In this document: one piece after another, positions 22,108 through 31,998 of the stretch
Layout: every line of letters starts with the position of its first letter
Numbering within the stretch: position 1 is the first letter of the stretch
Origin: an uncultured bacterium
GTDB lineage: Bacteria; Oederibacteriota; JAAXVQ01; JAUVAV01
NCBI GenBank assembly: GCA_963710755.1
Contig: CAVQBK010000006.1
Span: 32,001-96,000 of the forward strand
Direction: 5' to 3'
DNA: 64,000 bases
Made by a program: the position numbers and the translations under genes
The notes under the pieces: model-generated
Seen by the model: only the letters and a program-made list of their open reading frames with translations
Database searches by the model: none
What the model was told of the DNA's origin: nothing

Positions 22108-22140
22108 GGCCGACGCTCTCCAATCCTCCCTGGGAGGATT

Positions 22141-22503
22141 TTAGTATTCATTCACCTTGGGGGTTTTTTCCTGCGCCGCCTGACAATTAATGCACAGTTT
22201 GGCAAAAGGCAAAGCTTCCAAACGGGGAACGGCAATCAAGCCGCCACAAGACTCGCATTTGCCGTAGGAGCCGTCCTCGATCCTATCCAAAGCATCTTCC
22301 ACATGTTTGAGTTTCAAGCGATCTGATTCGGAAAGACCGATGGCCAATTCCCGTTCATAATATTCAGTGGCAATATCCACCGAATCACGTACCTCATCAT
22401 TTTTTTCCTGAATATTAGAATCATTATTTTTTACGTTTCTGAGTAAATCATCCTTATACTGAAGCAATTGTTTCTTGAGAACGTCCATTTGTTTCTTGCG
22501 CAT
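22141..22503 (-). CDS. DksA/TraR family C4 zinc-finger protein
   Basis: DSVDIA coiled-coil tip (DxxDxA); CESC...RLEALP...CINC. Confidence 0.9.
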   Translation of the reverse strand: MRKKQMDVLKKQLLQYKDDLLRNVKNNDSNIQEKNDEVRDSVDIATEYYERELAIGLSESDRLKLKHVEDALDRIEDGSYGKCESCGGLIAVPRLEALPFAKLCINCQAAQEKTPKVNEY

Positions 22504-22645
22504 GGTTAAGCACCAACCTTAGCTAGTTTTCCCAGGCCTCACCCTGGTTTTGTGGTCTAACATATTCCCTGCCGCCACTGCGGCGAGAGAGACATTATCG
22601 CGACTTTGTTCTATTAAATTGCCCCCCACCTTGCGGATGGGTAAT

Positions 22646-24124
22646 CTAATTTTCGTCCACAACTTTGATGGTCTTCAGCTCCACATCGGAATTCCCCTGG
22701 ATTCTATTACCTTGATGGTAAAGGTCTTTTAGGTAGTGGACAATCTCCTTAGTTAGACGTTCACCAGGATTTAATACAGGAATGCCCGGCGGATAAGGCG
22801 AAAATGTTTCAGCACTAATCATGCCCACAGCACTGTCAATGGCCATGGCTTTGGTCTTGGAGAAAACCGCTTCCCTGGGCGACATCACCAATTCCGGCAA
22901 CTCCATGGGGAAGGAACTAATTTTGTAGCCATTCTGTCTTTTATGGATAGCCGGAACAATTTGTTCCAGAGCTTTAATCAGCCGGGAGATGTCTTTAATA
23001 CGATTACCCACTGAAACGATTAATAATATCGTATCACTATTGGCGAATTCAACCTGTATTTTAAATTTTTGATTCAAGATTCTGGCCACTTCATAGCCCG
23101 TGGTTTCCAGCGCCCCAAAAGAGATCACCAATTTCGTTGGATCTAAATCATCGGCGCCCTCTTGATTGAGCAATTCCCTGCCAAAACAGCGCAGGCCGTC
23201 AATAGCATTAATTTTCTTTCTGGCTTTTTGGGCCAAGGCAATGGTGGTATCCAGCAGTTCTTTGCCGCGCGTGGCCATCTGCATGCGGGCCACATCCAAT
23301 GAGGCCATAAGAATATAGGAAGGACTGGTGGTCATGAGCAGATTCAACACGCGCTTGAGTCGGAGAATGTCGACCGTCTTCCTGGCCAGGAGCATGGAGG
23401 CTTGCGTCATGCTGCTGATAATTTTATGGCTGCTTTGGACGCACAAGTCGGCATCGCACGACATGGCATCAGCCGGCAGGTCAGGATGAAAGTGCAGATG
23501 GGGCCCATGAGCCTCGTCCACCAGGAACAGCATCCCCGCTGCATGAGCCAATTGGGCGATGGCCTTGGTATTGGCGGTGACACCGGCATAAGTCGGACTC
23601 GTTACCAGCACGGCTTTGGCATCGTTATGTTGAGCAATGGCCGAGCGCACCGCGGCAACGGAAATGTTGAGCCACTGCCCGGTTTTGGTATCTTGCTCGG
23701 GCACCACGTAAACCGGCACAGCCCCCGATAAAATAATGCCGGCCAAAACCGATTGATGGGCATTGCGCGGCACAATAATCTTGTCCCCCGGATTGCAGGC
23801 GGTCAACACCATGGCCTGGTTGCCGCCGGAAGTGCCGTTGACCAGAAAATAGGCATAATCCGCACCATAAGCATGCGCGGCCAGACGCTGGGCCTCCTTG
23901 ATCACACCCCGGGGATCATGCAGGGAGTCCACTTCTTCCAATAGGGTAAGGTCACAATCAAAAATGTGTTCCCCTACGAAATTTATGAATTCCTGAGGGA
24001 TGGAAACCCCATGCTTATGCCCGGGCGTGTGAAAGGATATTTTCTGCTCCTTGGCATAATTAATAACTGCTGCAAACAAGGGGGTGACTTGCTGTTCGGT
24101 AAGGTCCATCTTTTTTACCCTCAC
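22646..24124 (-). CDS. Orn/Lys/Arg decarboxylase, PLP fold type I (probable arginine decarboxylase)
   Basis: FHTPGHK, VDEAHG, QSSHK, TTSPSY, PYPPGIP; in operon with speD/speE; start may be ATG 24109. Confidence 0.9.
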   Translation of the reverse strand: MRVKKMDLTEQQVTPLFAAVINYAKEQKISFHTPGHKHGVSIPQEFINFVGEHIFDCDLTLLEEVDSLHDPRGVIKEAQRLAAHAYGADYAYFLVNGTSGGNQAMVLTACNPGDKIIVPRNAHQSVLAGIILSGAVPVYVVPEQDTKTGQWLNISVAAVRSAIAQHNDAKAVLVTSPTYAGVTANTKAIAQLAHAAGMLFLVDEAHGPHLHFHPDLPADAMSCDADLCVQSSHKIISSMTQASMLLARKTVDILRLKRVLNLLMTTSPSYILMASLDVARMQMATRGKELLDTTIALAQKARKKINAIDGLRCFGRELLNQEGADDLDPTKLVISFGALETTGYEVARILNQKFKIQVEFANSDTILLIVSVGNRIKDISRLIKALEQIVPAIHKRQNGYKISSFPMELPELVMSPREAVFSKTKAMAIDSAVGMISAETFSPYPPGIPVLNPGERLTKEIVHYLKDLYHQGNRIQGNSDVELKTIKVVDEN

Positions 24125-24133
24125 GGTTAATGG

Positions 24134-25048
24134 TTATAAAGGCGTAAACAGGGGATGATCATCCAGGATCACCCTGCCCTGCATGGCCAACATGGTACGC
24201 AAGGCTTTGGTCATATGAAACAAACCTGCATGCGTCTCGCCGTCATAAGCTTTCAATACTTCCCGGAGTTCTCCCAAGCGCTCATTGATGTGTGCGGCTG
24301 AGGCCTTCATGGGATCGGCCTCGTCAGAAGCCATCAAAATTCCCCAGGGCATGTCAAATGAAGGGATCGCCACTTCAAAGCCATGCACCTGTGCGAACAC
24401 GGTTGCCAGGGTATGATAAATGCTGGCCATGATCCGGCCATCCACAATACTGCTGGTCCCGGCCTGCACGGCCACGATTCCGCCGGGATTTAACCGCCGG
24501 CGCACGAGCCGGTAAAATTGCTGGGTATAGAGTAAATAAGCAGGCCCCTCATCGCCCGGATCGGAAATGTCCAGAATAATGACATCGTAGCGCTTATCGT
24601 GCTGTTCCAAGTGACGCCTGCCATCGGCTACGATCAACCGAACCCGGGGATCATCAAACGCACCTTGATGCCATTGCTGCAAATGGGTTTTGGCAAAGTT
24701 CAAAACTTCCCCGTCGATTTCGATCATATCACAGCTTTCCACAACGGGATGTTTAAGCACCTCGCGCAACGTGGCCCCTTCGCCGCCGCCCACAATCAGG
24801 ACGTTCCGGGGTAAACGGTGCGTGCACAGGGCCGGATGCACCAGCATCTCATGGTAAAGGAATTCATCTTTTTCACTGGATTGCATCATGCCATCGAGCA
24901 ACAAACAGCGGCCATATTCATGGGTATCCACAATCGCCAGCTGCTGAAAGGCGGTCTGAACCGTGACCAGCACTTGCTTGAAGCCATGCAAATGGCCCTC
25001 ATGCTTAGTATACATTTCCACAAAAAAGTCTTTTTTATAAATTTCCAT
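24134..25048 (-). CDS. speE: Polyamine aminopropyltransferase
   Basis: LLLDG, YHEMLVHP, GGGEGATLRE, DVIILDISDP. Confidence 0.92.
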   Translation of the reverse strand: MEIYKKDFFVEMYTKHEGHLHGFKQVLVTVQTAFQQLAIVDTHEYGRCLLLDGMMQSSEKDEFLYHEMLVHPALCTHRLPRNVLIVGGGEGATLREVLKHPVVESCDMIEIDGEVLNFAKTHLQQWHQGAFDDPRVRLIVADGRRHLEQHDKRYDVIILDISDPGDEGPAYLLYTQQFYRLVRRRLNPGGIVAVQAGTSSIVDGRIMASIYHTLATVFAQVHGFEVAIPSFDMPWGILMASDEADPMKASAAHINERLGELREVLKAYDGETHAGLFHMTKALRTMLAMQGRVILDDHPLFTPL

Positions 25049-25063
25049 AATTGCCCTTCATCT

Positions 25064-25107
25064 AAAAAAAAGAATGCAGAATTCATCCCTCGGAATTCTG
25101 CATTCTT
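25064..25107 (-). terminator. Intrinsic terminator-like hairpin between speD and speE
   Basis: AAGAATGCAGAATTC-8 nt-GAATTCTGCATTCTT with U tract on minus strand. Confidence 0.7.
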
Positions 25108-25126
25108 CATTTAACCATCCATCAGT

Positions 25127-25501
25127 TTACAGTTTATGTTTTAAAACCGGAAGATCAAAAGTGCCTCTTTTCATTTCCACCGATTTTTTTCTTTTTGCTT
25201 TAAGCCGTTGCGCAACCAAATGGTGTGCCACCCAGGGATCAACTTCATCGCCGCAAGTAAAAAAGTCCAATGCCGCATAGCCGTATTCCGGCCATGTATG
25301 TATCGTCAAATGAGATTCAGCAATGACCACGACGCCACTGACCCCGTACGGATTGAAATGATGAAAAACCGATTTTACGATTGTGGCCCTAGCTGCCAAG
25401 GCAGCTTCTTCCATAATTTTTTGGATCTCAACAGGATCCTTCAATAATTCGCTGTCGCATTCGTGAAGCTCCAGCAGGATATGGCGACCCAGAGCTTTCA
25501 A
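25127..25501 (-). CDS. speD: S-adenosylmethionine decarboxylase proenzyme
   Basis: LGRHILLEL, GVSGVVVIAESHLTIHTWPEYG (ES self-cleavage site); TTG start after AGGGAGGT. Confidence 0.93.
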   Translation of the reverse strand: MKALGRHILLELHECDSELLKDPVEIQKIMEEAALAARATIVKSVFHHFNPYGVSGVVVIAESHLTIHTWPEYGYAALDFFTCGDEVDPWVAHHLVAQRLKAKRKKSVEMKRGTFDLPVLKHKL

Positions 25502-25730
25502 CCTAATCTCACCTCCCTTAAGTTTTAAAAAACGAGGCCTTAAAATATAAAATTTTAATTCAACTGTCAATAAAATTTTATTTACCGGTCCCACCATAGC
25601 GATAGTGGCGTGCCAGCCAGAATGGCTTCGTTAAAGAACCGTAGGGAGAAGAGCGTTTATACCTGATTCGCCATTCGGCGGCTTTTCAGCAATGGTCCGG
25701 GCTGAAATGCGGAGAAATGGCAAAAATATA

Positions 25731-26252
25731 TTAAAAATAGATCCTGCCGCCGATGGACAAAGACATGCTGAACTCCAACACCGGCGCCACAAAAAACTTG
25801 GGGGCCAATTCAAAAAAGATGTCAAAAGGGTCTTCGAATAAATAGGTAATGCCAAAAACCGCACGGGCTCCCGTAGAAAAGGTTGAACTAGAGCCCCCCA
25901 AAAATAATCCCCCGCCCACATAAACCGGCGCTTCCGGCGCTTCTTGAAAAGGCCTGAGATGAAAGAGATAATCGGCATTGATCCCAATACCACCCGATCC
26001 CAATTGGGACCCCACGGAAAAATCAAAAGCCCGGTCATAACTTTGCCAATATTTAAGGGTAAGCCCAGATGGATCTCCCAGGATCAAGCCCACTCCCCAC
26101 TTATCCGTGCGGTCAATAGGGTTATAAGAAGCTGTAGGATTAACCACCACCTTGCTTCTGCGGGTGGTTTTGCTGAAGACCGGTTCCGGTATAAGCGTCA
26201 ACAGCGGAAGCAAGAGTACCGTCAGGGTTAAGATAAGCGTTTTCTTCATCAA
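25731..26252 (-). CDS. Small outer-membrane beta-barrel-like protein (DUF3996-like)
   Basis: Signal peptide, GVGLILGDPSGLTLKYW, alternating beta pattern, terminal IYF. Confidence 0.6.
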   Translation of the reverse strand: MMKKTLILTLTVLLLPLLTLIPEPVFSKTTRRSKVVVNPTASYNPIDRTDKWGVGLILGDPSGLTLKYWQSYDRAFDFSVGSQLGSGGIGINADYLFHLRPFQEAPEAPVYVGGGLFLGGSSSTFSTGARAVFGITYLFEDPFDIFFELAPKFFVAPVLEFSMSLSIGGRIYF

Positions 26253-26351
26253 GTTTGGTCCTTTTAACTAATTGGTCGTCAAGAAACGCAACTTATTAGG
26301 GCAAACTTCAACTGTCGAATGACCGGAGAGGTCTGCAAATCTGATTTTTTT

Positions 26352-26426
<75 letters not shown>

Positions 26427-26891
26427 TTAAGGGTTAACACTGGGCGTAGTTTGCAGACTGGGCGTAGGCGCCGGAGGTGCGAGGATTGGAATCCCCGAGG
26501 CCAGCATGCCCGCACGAATGGCTGCAATTTCATTGCGGTCTAAGCGGCCATCTTTTAATCCCGTTTGAAACAAGCTGAAGACTTGAGCCACCTTGCCCAT
26601 GCTTTCCTTGGTTCTGCCTGCTTGAGCCACATAGGCTTTGATGGATTTTAAATAATTGCTCATCTCGTAATATTGGGCGTCCGTCAGGGTCCGTTCCACG
26701 TCCAATTTTTTTTGCATATTGTTGACGCTTACATCCACACCATATTGATAGACCGTGTTAATCCGCAGCATCACGACTAAGGCAATCACCAGGGCCGCAA
26801 ACACCAACACGCCACAGCCCACCCCGGTTGCTCTCAGACAGCCTTGCTTGTCACTCAATGGTTTGGGGATGTTGGCCACCGGTTTATTCAT
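26427..26891 (-). CDS. Hypothetical single-TM protein
   Basis: ORF with RBS, GC..GC-type N-terminal TM segment, Pro/Thr tail. Confidence 0.7.
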   Translation of the reverse strand: MNKPVANIPKPLSDKQGCLRATGVGCGVLVFAALVIALVVMLRINTVYQYGVDVSVNNMQKKLDVERTLTDAQYYEMSNYLKSIKAYVAQAGRTKESMGKVAQVFSLFQTGLKDGRLDRNEIAAIRAGMLASGIPILAPPAPTPSLQTTPSVNP

Positions 26892-26949
26892 CTCGTCCTT
26901 TCATTTAAAAACCATACCCGCAGGTATGGCTTAGTGTGTTTAACATCTT

Positions 26950-27513
26950 TTATAAATCTTCCTGAGTGAACGGCCGGGTGATATCCACATGCCCAATCAG
27001 GGTATCGGTTTCCTGCCCCCCCACCAATAACCTTACTGATTTCACTTCCGGTCTATATTCCATCAAGGTTTTAACAATAGATTTAACCAGTAAAAATTCT
27101 TCAAAGGCACCGATGCGGTGATTATACTGAACCTGTTTCTCAAAGTCAAGAATGACGCTACCGTTTTTTTGTTGGTAGACACTGCGCACGACCAGGCTTT
27201 CCGGCCACCAGGACCATTCCTTCTTAGTTAAGGCCGCACGGTTCATTTTCGCGACCAGGTCCGGCAGCGCCTCCTGCAAGGGCATATCTTTGATTAAACG
27301 GATGTCTTTAGTGGCATAACCGCCACCCGCTACATCTTCGGCAAAATAAACTTTTACGTTAATGGAGGGATTTGCGGATTGAAGTACATCTTCCCCGCCA
27401 TTGGGATTGAGGAGAAAATGCCAAGCCAAAAATCCTAAACCCAACAGCAGCAGCAGACTGATCAAACTCAAAAGCATCGGATTAGCAGTTGTCTTATCAC
27501 CCATTGGCTTCAT
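26950..27513 (-). CDS. GerMN domain protein
   Basis: N-terminal TM, VKVYFA, SIVKTL..VKSVRLLVGG..TLIGHVDITRPF; next to amidase. Confidence 0.8.
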   Translation of the reverse strand: MKPMGDKTTANPMLLSLISLLLLLGLGFLAWHFLLNPNGGEDVLQSANPSINVKVYFAEDVAGGGYATKDIRLIKDMPLQEALPDLVAKMNRAALTKKEWSWWPESLVVRSVYQQKNGSVILDFEKQVQYNHRIGAFEEFLLVKSIVKTLMEYRPEVKSVRLLVGGQETDTLIGHVDITRPFTQEDL

Positions 27514-27620
27514 TCCACCTTAATAGATCCTCGCGAATCTCCCGTAGTTCAATGCGGGGATAAAGCGACCACAAACGCAACGATCTTCTTCCTTGCGTAT
27601 TAAGATACCCTGCAATTTTT

Positions 27621-28406
27621 TTAATATAAAAACCCCATGATCCCGGAAGCAAGTTTCTCACCCACCTGATCAAGCGCTTGGTCCCTTTTTTGGGGATCAA
27701 AAAATCCGGCTGAAACATTGAGTTCAACGAGCACAGCCGGCGCATGGATACCGTCAAGGACAGCCAACGGCAGTGTATAAAATCCGCCTTCCTGGTTATC
27801 GTCACGGCGGCCCCATTGGGTTAATAACCTCTCTGCCAATATACGGCTCTTTTTAAGCATGCCATTTTGTGCCAAAGCCCAGGGTAAAGCCCGCACGCCC
27901 TGGGTTAAATTCTCGTCCACGGCGTGGGATAGCAAAGCGTCTTTGAGGTAACGGTTGACATAGACCACAACGGCATTCTTGGTATGGGCTTTGAGGCTAT
28001 TGCCCATACAGTGCAGGCTCACAAACACATCCGCCTTCTTGCGGTTGCCTACCATGGTGCGTTCCAGATTATCATGATATTTATCATTATCCCTGGTCAG
28101 CACCACCACGATATCCTTATCCCGGCCCAGTGCCTTTTTAACGGCCAGAGCCAAGCTCAAATCTAGGTCCTTTTCCATCAAGCCTGGGGCAAGGCTAATC
28201 CCATGATCCTGGCCGCCATGACCGGGATCGAGAACCACCACTTTTTTTGACCTTACCACCAAAGCTTCGTCATCGTTGGCAGGGGCCGTCGACAAGGCGG
28301 TACCATCATCCTGCATAGCCCTTGCCAAATGGCCGGTCCATGCCAAGCTGCCAAACAGCAGCACCAAAAGTAAACTCAGGGATTTGTTAAAAGCAAGGCA
28401 CTTCAT
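27621..28406 (-). CDS. N-acetylmuramoyl-L-alanine amidase (Amidase_3)
   Basis: LDPGHGG, EKDL, FVSLH, PAVLVE; signal peptide. Confidence 0.88.
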   Translation of the reverse strand: MKCLAFNKSLSLLLVLLFGSLAWTGHLARAMQDDGTALSTAPANDDEALVVRSKKVVVLDPGHGGQDHGISLAPGLMEKDLDLSLALAVKKALGRDKDIVVVLTRDNDKYHDNLERTMVGNRKKADVFVSLHCMGNSLKAHTKNAVVVYVNRYLKDALLSHAVDENLTQGVRALPWALAQNGMLKKSRILAERLLTQWGRRDDNQEGGFYTLPLAVLDGIHAPAVLVELNVSAGFFDPQKRDQALDQVGEKLASGIMGFLY

Positions 28407-28548
28407 GTATTAATCCTCAACAATTGTGTCAGACCGGATTCGTGATCTTTCGCCTTTTATCATGGCCCCCTAGGCCGTAAAAAGAAGCGGCCTGCGAAGA
28501 ACCCAACCTGTTAGGTCTCCGGGAAACAAACCATCAATTTCTCTTTCT

Positions 28549-29589
28549 TTATTTCCCGGACACATGGCCCGGTTGTTCAACCTCGCCAACATCGCTGTCA
28601 GACGCCTGCGTTGGTGGCGGTGTGGGCATGACCGTTTCATACTGTCCGATGGAACGGAATTTTTGATACCGTTGTTCCAACAGAGCGTCCTCGTCCATGG
28701 CCTCCAGTTCCGCCAAATGCCGTTTGATAGCAGCTTTGACCTTTTCCAAGGTCGCTTGGCGATCACGGTGAGCCCCACCAAAAGGTTCCTCAATAATGTC
28801 ATCAATCACTTTCAGCTCGATCAAATCTCGTGCTGTTATTTTTAGAATTTCAGAAGCCTTAGGAGCCTCAGCACGATCTTTCCATAATATGGCTGCACAG
28901 CCTTCGGGCGTGATCACGGTATAGGAAGCGTGCGACAACATCAAGACGCGATTACCCACGCCAATGCCCAAGGCTCCACCACTGCCGCCTTCACCAATGA
29001 TGACCACAATGACCGGCACCGTAAGCTGCGACATTTCCCGTAAATTACGGGCAATGGCTTCCGCCACTCCCCTTTCCTCGCCTTCCAGACCGGGAAAAGC
29101 GCCGGCCGTGTCCACAAAGGTAATGATGGGCATACTGAATTTTTCGGCAAATTTCATAAGCCGCAGGGCTTTACGGTAGCCTTCCGGCAGGGGCAGTCCA
29201 AAATTATGAACAAGGTTTTCCTTAGTGTCCTTCCCTTTTTGAGTGCCTACCACCATGACCGGCCGTCCGTCCAGCCAGGCTACCCCTCCCACCATGGCGC
29301 GGTCGTCAATGAAGGCGCGGTCTCCGTGCATTTCCAAAAAATCCTCAAAACAACCATGGATATAGTCCAGGGTATGCGGACGCAGCGGATGGCGACTGAT
29401 TTGAATGATTTGCCAGGGCGTAAGGTTGGTATAAATTTCCTGTCTCAAGCTCTCTGCTTTTTGCTCCAATTGCTCAATCTCTTCACTCATGTTCATGGAT
29501 TTACCATGGGTGAAATGCTTTAATTCATCGATCTTTTTTTCCAGTTCAACCAAAGATCTTTCAAATTCAAGACTTATTTCTTGTGCCAT
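28549..29589 (-). CDS. accA: Acetyl-CoA carboxylase carboxyltransferase alpha
   Basis: HGDR, PEGYRKALR, GEGGSGGALG, PEGCAAILW. Confidence 0.97.
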   Translation of the reverse strand: MAQEISLEFERSLVELEKKIDELKHFTHGKSMNMSEEIEQLEQKAESLRQEIYTNLTPWQIIQISRHPLRPHTLDYIHGCFEDFLEMHGDRAFIDDRAMVGGVAWLDGRPVMVVGTQKGKDTKENLVHNFGLPLPEGYRKALRLMKFAEKFSMPIITFVDTAGAFPGLEGEERGVAEAIARNLREMSQLTVPVIVVIIGEGGSGGALGIGVGNRVLMLSHASYTVITPEGCAAILWKDRAEAPKASEILKITARDLIELKVIDDIIEEPFGGAHRDRQATLEKVKAAIKRHLAELEAMDEDALLEQRYQKFRSIGQYETVMPTPPPTQASDSDVGEVEQPGHVSGK

Positions 29590-29736
29590 TATCCACTCCT
29601 CAAAAATCCTTTATCAACGTACTGATGCCCCACCCCAAGCCGGCACAGCGGCCAGCCTTGTTTTTTGGCAGTGACCAAACAGAGTCATTAAACAAAGATT
29701 ATACCTTCTTGGGCGGGTCTCGGGCAAGTGTTTATA

Positions 29737-31998
29737 TCAAGGACCTACTTTGGGTAGCACGATGGTAATCTCCACCCGCCGGTTATGGGTCCGTGCCAAA
29801 GGACTATTATTATTGGTCAGGGGCTGGCTCTTACCATAGCCTTTCATGACAATCACGGAAGATGGAATCCCTTCCTCTTCCACCAGGTAGCGCATAACCA
29901 TCTGGGCCCGTTTTTGCGACAATTCCAGGTTAAATCGGTCCGACCCCACATCATCCGTATGACCTTCAATGTGTAGTTTAACCTTATTTTCACCGTACGC
30001 CTTCACAATATCGGCGGTTTTGCGCAATTTCTCGTGCATTTCACTTTTCAATTCAGCTTTATTGAAATCAAAGAGAATTTGTTCAATTTTAATGGTAGTG
30101 CCATCCTTGCCCCTGTCCAGCACTTTGACATCGGTCTCCCGCAAGGGCTCTGCCTGCCGCCAGATGTTGCCCAGGGCGTCCTGGAGTCGCAGCACATAAC
30201 TATAGGTCTTGGTACTGGGTACAACCCGGCCTTGATTGTCGCGGGCATCCCACATAATTTGTTCCGGCAAAGGCCCCTCCCCATGGAGATTGCGCACCAC
30301 TTGTCCTGTATCACTTTCGATAATGTCCAAAGCCCAGCTTTTAATGGGAGAGGCTGACGAGAACTGAAATCTAAACGGCACTTCTTCCGGCAGCGGTAGC
30401 TCCGCACTGGTTTTGGCTTTGCTGCCTGCATTGACCACAACAATGGGCGCTACACTCTTAATTTCATTATTATGCTCATCCGTTAACTGCAGAATAAATT
30501 GATAACCTTTCTTCAGCGCCACCTGACGGTTCTGCTCATCTTTGCCGTCCCAGGCAAAGTCCTTGGGAATAATCCCCTTGCCTTGATATTTTTTCAAGAC
30601 ACGACCGTCATCGCTGACAATGGTGATCGTCCAGGTCTTGATCTTGCGTTTATCACTGGTACTAAAACTCACTTGTCCGGCAAAAATATCCCGGGGCAGG
30701 GCTTTAAGCTTGGGCAATTTGGTGATGGAGACCGGAAGAATTTCACCTCTTTGTTCGGCGGTATAGCCCAGCTTATCAATAATTTCAAAAGTATAACGGT
30801 AAAATTCCTCCACATTGGTTTGCTTGCCCGCGCTGTCCAAACCGTCCCAGACCACTTCCAAGGGCAGTTTATTTTCTCCCTCATAACGACGTACAACCTT
30901 GCCTTGCCGGTCGGCAATGGTGACCTGCCATTTTTTGAGTCCGGCCGCTACTTGTGTTTTTGGGATCAAATGAATTTCCTGGCCGGGCACACCGCCGGGA
31001 TTGACAAATTGCTTCGTGACCAGGGTGACCTCAAGCTTGGGGCGGGCAACACGGCGTTGGCTTCCGAAATTATATTTCAAGGAGACCTGATGCGTCATAC
31101 CGAGTGTGCCCAACGGAGACACCGCATAATCAAGCATGACGTTCTGCCATTTAAATCCCAGTCCCAGAACCAGCCAATTGCCGCTGTCGGCTTGGCTCTG
31201 CCAGCCCGTGCGGATAAACAAATCATTCCAAACTTTGCCTTCCACGGCCAGGGCCAGGTGCACCTGGTCTGCAAAGGGTTGTGTAAGCTGGGTTAAGAAA
31301 GTAAGACTGTTGGGATCATCGGGCCAAAATTGATAGGCTGCCCCCAATCGGACTTGCATGGGCGGTAAATCCGCTTTTTGAACGAAAGGCGTGGCAAACC
31401 CGAGGTTGCTCAAGACCAGACCCAAGGTGAGATGATCATTGAGCATATAGTACTGAGCGCCCAAATCCATGGTCAAGGCAAAGGCTTGCTGCGCGTCCAG
31501 GTCTTGCCAGGCTAAATTGATTTTCCCACCCACCGCCAGTGACCGTATAAGTTTATAGGCATAGGCGCCTCCCAAACGCAGCATCCAGGCTTGGCTGTTT
31601 TCCAACTCAGGATTGTCCGTACTGTTAAAAGGCTCGACCCGTAAAAAATTGAGGGTGGCCCCCGCACTGGCCTTTGGTCCCAGCGGTTGAATCCCCCACA
31701 ACGCTTGATAGGAGACACCTTCCCACCAGGCAAGATGACTAAGCCCTATTTGCGGGTTGATCAAGGTCACCAGCCCGGACGGATTGGCAAACAACAACTC
31801 CGAATCCTGAGTCATAGCCACAGCCGCATCCCCAAGCCCGGCCATGCGCGCCCCGGGAAGCATGGTTTCAAAATCATTGCTCGTACCGGCACCGCCCCAG
31901 CTCAGGCGGGGCAGGATAAAAACTGCCAGGGCCAAAACCATCATCACGGCCAAAGGGCCAAGCCACAGGGTGGTGGGCCTTGCTTTTAGCCCGGCCAT
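29737..31998 (-). CDS. PorV/PorQ-like barrel + three FlgD-like Ig domains + OmpA C-terminal domain
   Basis: GARMAGLGDA..FANPSGL start; three WDG/WDA Ig repeats; FDFNKA..IEGHTD..LSQKRA..NRRVE. Confidence 0.75.
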   Translation of the reverse strand: MAGLKARPTTLWLGPLAVMMVLALAVFILPRLSWGGAGTSNDFETMLPGARMAGLGDAAVAMTQDSELLFANPSGLVTLINPQIGLSHLAWWEGVSYQALWGIQPLGPKASAGATLNFLRVEPFNSTDNPELENSQAWMLRLGGAYAYKLIRSLAVGGKINLAWQDLDAQQAFALTMDLGAQYYMLNDHLTLGLVLSNLGFATPFVQKADLPPMQVRLGAAYQFWPDDPNSLTFLTQLTQPFADQVHLALAVEGKVWNDLFIRTGWQSQADSGNWLVLGLGFKWQNVMLDYAVSPLGTLGMTHQVSLKYNFGSQRRVARPKLEVTLVTKQFVNPGGVPGQEIHLIPKTQVAAGLKKWQVTIADRQGKVVRRYEGENKLPLEVVWDGLDSAGKQTNVEEFYRYTFEIIDKLGYTAEQRGEILPVSITKLPKLKALPRDIFAGQVSFSTSDKRKIKTWTITIVSDDGRVLKKYQGKGIIPKDFAWDGKDEQNRQVALKKGYQFILQLTDEHNNEIKSVAPIVVVNAGSKAKTSAELPLPEEVPFRFQFSSASPIKSWALDIIESDTGQVVRNLHGEGPLPEQIMWDARDNQGRVVPSTKTYSYVLRLQDALGNIWRQAEPLRETDVKVLDRGKDGTTIKIEQILFDFNKAELKSEMHEKLRKTADIVKAYGENKVKLHIEGHTDDVGSDRFNLELSQKRAQMVMRYLVEEEGIPSSVIVMKGYGKSQPLTNNNSPLARTHNRRVEITIVLPKVGP

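Noticed and set aside
27497-27805. Overlapping ORF or frameshifted amidase extension
   Set aside because: The amidase ends where the domain normally ends, and the alternative frame has no recognisable motif
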